The notes beneath the pieces are model-generated. The model was not told the DNA's origin and ran no database searches. It was given only the letters and a program-made list of their open reading frames with translations. A DNA stretch of 61,891 bases from a virus (lineage: Duplodnaviria > Caudoviricetes), in IMG/VR virus record IMGVR_UViG_3300037242_000090, positions 1-61,891 of that record; one strand, given 5' to 3'. The position numbers and the translations under genes were made by a program. This document shows, in pieces, positions 56,199-61,891 of this stretch. Positions within the stretch are counted from its first letter, which is position 1, and every line of letters starts with the position of its first letter.

Positions 56199-56408
56199 AT
56201 GGGTCTAAAAATGAATAGCGCCGGCGTGGCGTGGGAAGTCGAGGACGACGGGGGGATTCTGCACAGCGTCACACGTCTCCCGTCCGGTCGATATTCCGGG
56301 GAAATGCGCGTTTATGGCCGTGTTGTAATCGAAGGCGTTGAATACGAATTTGATCGCTGTGTAAAGGTGGCGATGAAAAAGCAAAAAGAGCCGGAGAATA
56401 ACACATGA
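56199..56408 (+). CDS. hypothetical cargo protein
   Basis: ATG 2 bp after the remnant stop; ATGA-coupled to the next gene. Confidence 0.55.
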   Translation: MGLKMNSAGVAWEVEDDGGILHSVTRLPSGRYSGEMRVYGRVVIEGVEYEFDRCVKVAMKKQKEPENNT

Positions 56409-56707
56409 GAATAGACATCGTGCTTCCTTCCGAGGTCACCATACCGGACGATCAGCTTCTCCATCTGGCAAAACGTATCCGAGAAAGATTTGAAATGGAT
56501 GACGACGCCCCCGTCGGCGGCCACGATTTGGTGGCCGAGGCAATTCTCGCCGGATTGCTGAATGGCGACGAATTTTCTGGCTGGGAGGTGGCCCCGCACG
56601 AGGACCAGGAATACACAGACGAGGAGCTTCGGGCCATCCAGCGAGAGGCGACGGAAAAGCATTCAGCCACAATCCGAAAGGGCAGGCATGGGAAGCAAAA
56701 AACCTAA
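56405..56707 (+). CDS. hypothetical cargo protein
   Basis: GGAG RBS; acidic 100 aa. Confidence 0.65.
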   Translation: MRIDIVLPSEVTIPDDQLLHLAKRIRERFEMDDDAPVGGHDLVAEAILAGLLNGDEFSGWEVAPHEDQEYTDEELRAIQREATEKHSATIRKGRHGKQKT

Positions 56708-56795
56708 AGGCTTTAAAAACTTCGATGCTCTGATGCGCAAGCTAGTCAAGGTGCGACCGAAGGCGCGTAAACCGACGCCGCGAAAAACGAAATGA
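56688..56795 (+). CDS. small basic IS1595-associated peptide (MGSKKPKGFKNFDALMRKLVKVRP...)
   Basis: Homologous to 2039 and 20418; ~33 bp inside the right TIR. Confidence 0.75.
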   Translation: MGSKKPKGFKNFDALMRKLVKVRPKARKPTPRKTK

Positions 56796-56827
56796 GAAAT
56801 CACGATGCAAAACTCGAACGGGATCAA

Positions 56828-56850
56828 GGTGAGTCAACTAAGTCATTACC
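56828..56850 (-). mobile_element. IS1595-type right TIR
   Basis: GGTGAGTCAACTAAGTCATTACC; its reverse complement is 19/21 identical to 19527-19547. Confidence 0.8.
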
Positions 56851-56885
56851 GAAGAAAAGGCACCTTTTAAAAAGAAGCCGAAAAA

Positions 56886-57314
56886 GTGAACCTTACCTCA
56901 TCCGACATCCACTCCCTTCCCGACGGCCCCGCGAAGCGGGACATGCTGCGCCAGCTTGGCAAGAGCGCATCATCCCAAGCGGCGCCTATCCGCGCATCCC
57001 TTCCCCGTGGGATGAACAAGCTGGAGAAGCGCTACGCCGATCACCTGGACTTTCTGAAGCGCGGTGGGGAGATCACCGCATGGTGGTACGAGTGCGTGCG
57101 GTTCAGAATCGGAGCGGGGGCTCAGTACAAACCAGACTTCATCGTGCTATTGCCGGACGGGAAGATTGAAGTGCACGAAACCAAGGGGTTCCGTCGTGAA
57201 GCTGCGATGGTGCGGATCAAGGCCGCTGCGGAGCGTTACGCGCCCATCCCCTTCTTTCTGGTGAGGGTGCTGCAAGGGCGGTGGTGCAGGACGAGAGTGG
57301 GGGAAGGGAGATAA
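56886..57314 (+). CDS. PD-(D/E)xK nuclease (DUF1064-like)
   Basis: MNKLEKRY...YKPDF...EVHETKGF. Confidence 0.8.
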   Translation: MNLTSSDIHSLPDGPAKRDMLRQLGKSASSQAAPIRASLPRGMNKLEKRYADHLDFLKRGGEITAWWYECVRFRIGAGAQYKPDFIVLLPDGKIEVHETKGFRREAAMVRIKAAAERYAPIPFFLVRVLQGRWCRTRVGEGR

Positions 57315-57316
57315 TC

Positions 57317-58360
57317 ATGGGCACAAAGACGAATATTTCCTGGACGACACACTCCTACAATCCGTGGTGGGGCTGCGTGAAGGTCCACGACGGCTGCAAA
57401 AACTGTTATGCGGAGCGCGAGAGCAACCGATACGGCTATGATGTTTGGGGGCCGCACTCCGAGCGCCGCATGTTCGGCGATAAACACTGGAACGAACCGA
57501 TGAAATGGAACAAGGTGGCCGAGCGCGAAGGCCAGCGCCATCGCGTGTTCTGCGCCTCGATGGCCGACGTGTTTGAGGATCATCCCGCTCTGCCAAGGCC
57601 GCGCGGGCGTCTTTTCGATTTGATCTGTCGAACGCCTTATCTCGACTGGCAGGTGTTGACCAAGCGCCCAGAGAACGCGCTGCGGATGATGGTTGAGGCT
57701 GGACTATATGCTTGCGAGAATCCCGATCTGCCTTGTCCGCAACCAAATCTGTGGATCGGCACAAGCCCATGTAATCAAGCGACACTCGAACGTGAATATC
57801 CATTGCTGCGTAAAGTTCCGGCGGCACTCCGCTTTATTTCCTACGAGCCGGCGATTGATGAGGTGGATTTAACCGGATGCCTTGATGGGATTGGCTGGGT
57901 GATTATCGGCGGTGAATCCGGACCGAAAGCCCGCGAGTTCGATGTGCTGTGGGCGGAAAAGACTATCGGACAATGCCGCGCCGCCGGCGTTCCCGTGTTC
58001 GTGAAACAGCTTGGCGAGAATCCGATGATCGGTGACTCATCCGAACCGCACGGCTGGCCTCAGCGCCGCGGTGTAGTGGACTGGGAAACCGGCAAGATTC
58101 GGTTGCGCGACCGGAAGGGCGCCGATCCATCCGAATGGCCAGAACATTTGCGGGTCCAAGAGTTTCCTGTATCGCCGGCGGCATCGCATCCGATTCTGGC
58201 TCGCAAGCTGGTTAAGGTTCCGCCGACCGAATTGGTGACGTGGATTGGTTGCCCAATGTGTAATCCGCAAGGCAAGTCGCCGCATGTGTACATGGGAACG
58301 CCATGCCCCATGTGCAATGACGAAGGGTGGATCAAGCCTAAACGGAAAAAGCGAAAATGA
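57317..58360 (+). CDS. Gp37/Gp68 (DUF5131) family protein with foreign C-terminal extension
   Basis: TNISWT..YNPWWGC.KV..GCKNCYAE, FCASMADVF, LTKRPE, IIGGESG, FVKQLG. Confidence 0.9.
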   Translation: MGTKTNISWTTHSYNPWWGCVKVHDGCKNCYAERESNRYGYDVWGPHSERRMFGDKHWNEPMKWNKVAEREGQRHRVFCASMADVFEDHPALPRPRGRLFDLICRTPYLDWQVLTKRPENALRMMVEAGLYACENPDLPCPQPNLWIGTSPCNQATLEREYPLLRKVPAALRFISYEPAIDEVDLTGCLDGIGWVIIGGESGPKAREFDVLWAEKTIGQCRAAGVPVFVKQLGENPMIGDSSEPHGWPQRRGVVDWETGKIRLRDRKGADPSEWPEHLRVQEFPVSPAASHPILARKLVKVPPTELVTWIGCPMCNPQGKSPHVYMGTPCPMCNDEGWIKPKRKKRK

Positions 58361-58932
58361 GAACTTGGGAAAACCATCGCGATGTCTCCGAAGACCAACT
58401 GAACGCCGCTCACTGCGGAATCTTCGCAAAGAAATCGGCGCGGCGCGAACGGCCCGACGCATCACGGCCGCAGTTGTTCGCCGCACCGCCACCGCAACCA
58501 CAACCCAAACCATTCACCGGCATCCGCATCGACGGTGTGTTGCACTTCGATGGCTCATGTTTTCCAAACCCAGGCGAGAGCCAATGCGGATTCGCGCTGC
58601 ACGTCGGCATGAAAATCGTCGAACGATCAATCCGGCTCGGGCATGGGACGAACAACACCGCCGAATATAACGGCGCGATTCATGGCCTACGCGCAGCTCT
58701 GGAACTTGGCGTTACGCATCTTGAGATTTACGGTGACAGCCAACTTGTGATTCGCGGGCTGCAAAAGGGACCGTGGGCCAAGGGCAAGCCGCATTTGGAA
58801 GTGCTGAAAAAGGAATCGCTGGAATTAATGGCGCGATTCTCGGTTGTTGATCTGAATTGGGTGCCACGCGAAGAAAACGCGCGGGCGGATGAACTGTCGA
58901 CGGCCGGGGTTGATGCTTTGACTCGCGTGTGA
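58357..58932 (+). CDS. ribonuclease HI-like protein
   Basis: FDGS..PNPG, TNNTAEY, GDSQLV, WVPREENARADELS. Confidence 0.9.
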   Translation: MRTWENHRDVSEDQLNAAHCGIFAKKSARRERPDASRPQLFAAPPPQPQPKPFTGIRIDGVLHFDGSCFPNPGESQCGFALHVGMKIVERSIRLGHGTNNTAEYNGAIHGLRAALELGVTHLEIYGDSQLVIRGLQKGPWAKGKPHLEVLKKESLELMARFSVVDLNWVPREENARADELSTAGVDALTRV

Positions 58933-58996
58933 CGCCGGGATTTTGTTTGCGGCGGGATTGAGGCGGGGTAGGATTGGGGGTCCCGCGGGAGGCAAC

Positions 58997-59800
58997 ATGG
59001 TGGCTTTGCGGAAACGAGGCGGTCGTAGCGCTGCGGGCTGCCTAATAATGATCGTTGTCGGAACTATCGTCGGGGTTTGGATACACTCCGAGATTCCCCA
59101 AATCTCCAATAACACCGCGCCGCCACCGGCGCCGCAAATCTCCAGCCCAGAGCACTCGAGCGTTCCGCCAAGGAGCACCACGCAAACAGCCACACCCGAG
59201 CCCTCGATTTTTGACCTTGAGACGGCATTGAAAACCGCCAAACAACGCGAACTCAACGCCCGATTTGCCGTGATTACCGCCCTGGGCAATGACCCCAAAT
59301 ATATTTCTGCACAGCAAACGGTGAAATCTCTCTCGCATCAGGTAGAGGCCACCCGCAACGGCGGCGACGGAGATATTCAGGATCTCGCCAAGCAGCTGCT
59401 CGATGCAAGGCCGGTAATGGGAAAACTGGAAACAGCGGCGCTGGCTGAGAATGCCGAAGAGCAGGCCGCGGTCGCCGAAGTCGCCGGCTGCAAATCAAGA
59501 TACGATTTTGCGGCCGCCGCGAAACGCATCGCAGACGAAAAGACGCATGCCGATTTCAGGCGCGAGCTTGCAGACGAACAGGCCAAAATCGACAATGGCC
59601 CGATGAACATCGTCATAAGAAAGCATCAATTGATAGAGGGAATGACGATTGCGCAGGCCGTGGAGTCTTTAGGGAATCCGTACTCAATATCGAAATCCGG
59701 AAATACCACGGTTCTCGACTGGGCAAGAACTGACGGCGACTATTGGAGCGGAATATTTGTGGACGATTCCGCAGTCACCGTCACCCACACCAGGTTTTGA
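58997..59800 (+). CDS. membrane-anchored/exported hypothetical protein
   Basis: GGAGG RBS, N-terminal TM segment, GMT..Q....LG.P C-terminal motif. Confidence 0.7.
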   Translation: MVALRKRGGRSAAGCLIMIVVGTIVGVWIHSEIPQISNNTAPPPAPQISSPEHSSVPPRSTTQTATPEPSIFDLETALKTAKQRELNARFAVITALGNDPKYISAQQTVKSLSHQVEATRNGGDGDIQDLAKQLLDARPVMGKLETAALAENAEEQAAVAEVAGCKSRYDFAAAAKRIADEKTHADFRRELADEQAKIDNGPMNIVIRKHQLIEGMTIAQAVESLGNPYSISKSGNTTVLDWARTDGDYWSGIFVDDSAVTVTHTRF

Positions 59801-59806
59801 GAATGA

Positions 59807-59824
59807 CGGTATTATTCACTTGAC
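59807..59824 (+). mobile_element. IS1595-type end (CGG variant)
   Basis: CGGTATTATTCACTTGAC; its 9-bp flank is the reverse complement of the flank at 55387. Confidence 0.65.
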
Positions 59825-60066
59825 CATAGTACAGGCTATTGAGAGCCTTGAAGGTGAATTCACAAAACAGAACGTAATTGATTGGATCGACGAGAAATAC
59901 CCAGAGATGGGCGCCACGGGGAGAAAGCCCACCATCTCAACGCTGATTGCAAAACTGCGAACGAAACTGAATCTCGAAACGGTGGGTTCTCCGACAGGAT
60001 CAGAACCGCATAGGTTTCGGAAGAAGGGACCACCCGTAAAAACAGAGAAAGAGAGGTAGAGGAATA

Positions 60067-60098
60067 CCGAGACCTCCAGGGCCAACTGGAGGTCTCGG
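60067..60098. terminator. perfect 13-bp hairpin
   Basis: CCGAGACCTCCAG-GGCCAA-CTGGAGGTCTCGG right after a stop codon. Confidence 0.5.
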
Positions 60099-60431
60099 AA
60101 AATCTTGGGCTACCGGACGGCCAGGGGCCGGGGTGAACCCGATACATCAGGCCACGTCAGTATCGGCGAAATCCCCTACGGCATCAAGTGAAAAGTCCGG
60201 AGTGGAGGCTTCCAGCGATGGTAGCCAAACAATCTCCGTTCGCGCCGGCGGAGCAACATCCGGCGCAAGGTATTCCGCCACCATCAAGCGGAAAACATGT
60301 TGTCTTTGACAACGACGAGAGCGAGCCGGTTGCCATAAAGCATCGGCGCTGTCGGCGTAGCGGACAGTTTAGGCGCGTGCGGCCGTCAGATCCCACGCCA
60401 ATGTTGTTCGCGATGAACAACTAATTCTTCT

Positions 60432-60466
60432 GGACTGGAGGCGAGAAAGTCGTCTCCGGTCCTTTT
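60432..60466 (+). terminator. hairpin + T run immediately before the tRNA
   Basis: GGACTGGAGGCGA/TCGTCTCCGGTCC followed by TTTT. Confidence 0.5.
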
Positions 60467-60467
60467 G

Positions 60468-60550
60468 GCGGTTGTGGCGGAACTGGTAGACGCCGTGCGC
60501 TTGGAGCGCGCCGGGCCATGCCCGTCCCGGTTCAAATCCGGGCAACCGCA
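60468..60550 (+). tRNA. class II tRNA with Leu-type body and TGG anticodon
   Basis: Acceptor GCGGTTG/CAACCGC+A, D arm GCG-GAACTGGTAGA-CGC, anticodon arm GTGCG-CTTGGAG-CGCGC, V arm CGGGC-CAT-GCCCG, T arm CCCGG-TTCAAAT-CCGGG; no encoded CCA. Confidence 0.85.
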
Positions 60551-60616
60551 GGAAATTTGAACGGAACGATCCGAAGAGTATCGTTAATCGCATCCGGTAT
60601 CAGGGGACGGTTACAT

Positions 60617-61048
60617 ATGCCGAACAAAGAAGCCTGGAAAACCATTCTGGAACATGAAAGGCTGTGCTGGGAGTCGGAGTGTGAAAACGCAGAGCGATTG
60701 GTAAACCGAATGCGAATGATGTCAGCAATAGCCGCCGTGGTTTTGGGCGTTGGCCTTTTCAAATTTGATTGGCTTTACACTCCGACCGACATCTCGCGGA
60801 TCGGTACCGGCTGGGTACTTTTCACTATTAGAATTCTTCTGGTCGCATCACTGATTTGTTTGGCAGTTGCTTTTTGGCACGCAATGAAGCCGAGCAGGCC
60901 TCGCCGAAAAACACATGCAAGCCATTATATGTTCCTACAAGATCGACACGTTACTGCCATGCCCACCACCGGATCGGGAGCCGCAGCCCTTATTTTGGGA
61001 TCGATATACTTGGCTCATAGGCCAAAATGGCAGCAAAAAGAAAAATGA
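60617..61048 (+). pseudogene. membrane protein apparently truncated by the TIR at 60997
   Basis: Two TM segments; the last residues (GSIYLAHRPK...) are read from the TIR/promoter module. Confidence 0.55.
60997..61018 (+). mobile_element. IS1595-type left TIR
   Basis: 21/22 inverted match to 2183-2204. Confidence 0.85.
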
Positions 61049-61077
61049 GAAAAATTGCAAAAATAACAAATAGGCAC

Positions 61078-61106
61078 TTGACTCAGTAGTCGATACTCGA
61101 TAGGAT
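61078..61106 (+). promoter_or_regulatory. sigma70-type promoter TTGACT-17-TAGGAT
   Basis: Near-consensus, duplicated at 563-591. Confidence 0.75.
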
Positions 61107-61165
61107 ACAGGCGTCGGGTGGAATTGGCCAGCCGACAGGACCGGCGAAAGCCGGAAGGAAAAGCA

Positions 61166-61567
61166 ATGCGATACATCCAGATCGACCACACTCCGTATCG
61201 AAGAATTGACTCTGGCGAGCCAGCCAGAGGCGTCAATGGCCTAGATTACGCCGATGCTGTTGCGGATCAGGGATATCAGATCGTTACCGCCGATTGCGCC
61301 TCTAATATAGCTATCGGTGATCTCATCAGTGTCGGGACGGGACACCTGACGGCTCCTGTCGCCGATCCGCGACCAGCGATATCCTCCGCGAATTACGGCG
61401 AGGGCCTCAAGCTGGTAAGTTCCACATTTTGCGCGGTCACAAAGATCGGGCGTCCATACAGAATGCTCAGTGAGTCCGTGATCGCCGACGAAAGTCACTC
61501 CTACGATGGACAGCACACTATAGGTATGACCACGATCTTTGTTTGCCGCGTTTATTTTGCCAAATGA
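61166..61567 (+). CDS. hypothetical protein (IS passenger)
   Basis: ATG after AAGGAAAA RBS, same position as the 652 gene in the sister module. Confidence 0.7.
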   Translation: MRYIQIDHTPYRRIDSGEPARGVNGLDYADAVADQGYQIVTADCASNIAIGDLISVGTGHLTAPVADPRPAISSANYGEGLKLVSSTFCAVTKIGRPYRMLSESVIADESHSYDGQHTIGMTTIFVCRVYFAK

Positions 61568-61636
61568 TTCTTTGCCGCGCCGTCGCCCTTGGGCGACGGG
61601 CAGAGAGCGTCTACGCAATCACAGGAGGACATTTTT

Positions 61637-61891
61637 ATGACGAATATATCAAATAAAACCCAGACGAATATACTGGATCTGTACACGCAATGGTCCGACG
61701 AGCAACGACGAGCCGCGCTGGTTTCGATGCCCCTGTACAGGAGGCGCGAATTGGTTTCGCAGCTCAGATTGGCGGGGTGGACGCCGAGCGCCCTGGAAGC
61801 TGCGGGCTGGACGCTGAGCGACCTGATAGCTGCGGGGTGGACGCCGAGCGCCCTGGAAGCTGCGGGGTGGACGCCGAGCGCCCTGGAAGCT
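61637..61891 (+). CDS. 5' part of the AGWTPSALEA-repeat protein
   Basis: AGGAGG RBS; frame runs off the end and joins base 2 in frame. Confidence 0.75.
   Translation, partial: MTNISNKTQTNILDLYTQWSDEQRRAALVSMPLYRRRELVSQLRLAGWTPSALEAAGWTLSDLIAAGWTPSALEAAGWTPSALEA

Noticed and set aside
60340-60430. Possible self-cleaving ribozyme next to the tRNA
   Set aside because: I could not build the HDV/theta, hammerhead, twister or pistol pairings.

Overview
The window looks like a complete, circularly permuted ~61.9-kb temperate tailed-phage genome. Bases 1-22 repeat at 61870-61891 inside a tandem repeat, and an intact tRNA-Ile-type attP sits next to the integrase. The host is probably a planctomycete (inference from a LEPRxLLS-motif gene). 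Gene order: early/accessory genes, cI/cro switch, recombination genes, xis/int/attP, DNA-methyltransferase cluster, replication, late accessory and membrane genes, an ~11-kb block of beta-helix/SGNH proteins, head and tail genes, then an accessory block with a tRNA. The most striking signal is a genome-wide IS1595-derived cargo-cassette system. It has one intact transposase and about 14 related 21-bp terminal inverted-repeat ends (consensus GG-N8-TACTTGRCTCA). Two transposase-less cargo cassettes have perfect 8-bp target duplications: one carries an adenine MTase, and one splits a gene whose frame is restored on removal. Transposase remnants keep the C-terminus, a recurrent small basic peptide gene lies just inside the right end, and cargo is twice inserted at the transposase-stop/peptide junction. 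Also notable: a 91-bp repeat with one fixed end and variable truncation, a tRNA-Leu body with a Pro (TGG) anticodon, and an overlapping-frame partner ORF inside the C5 MTase. All product calls come from motif recognition by eye, not database searches.
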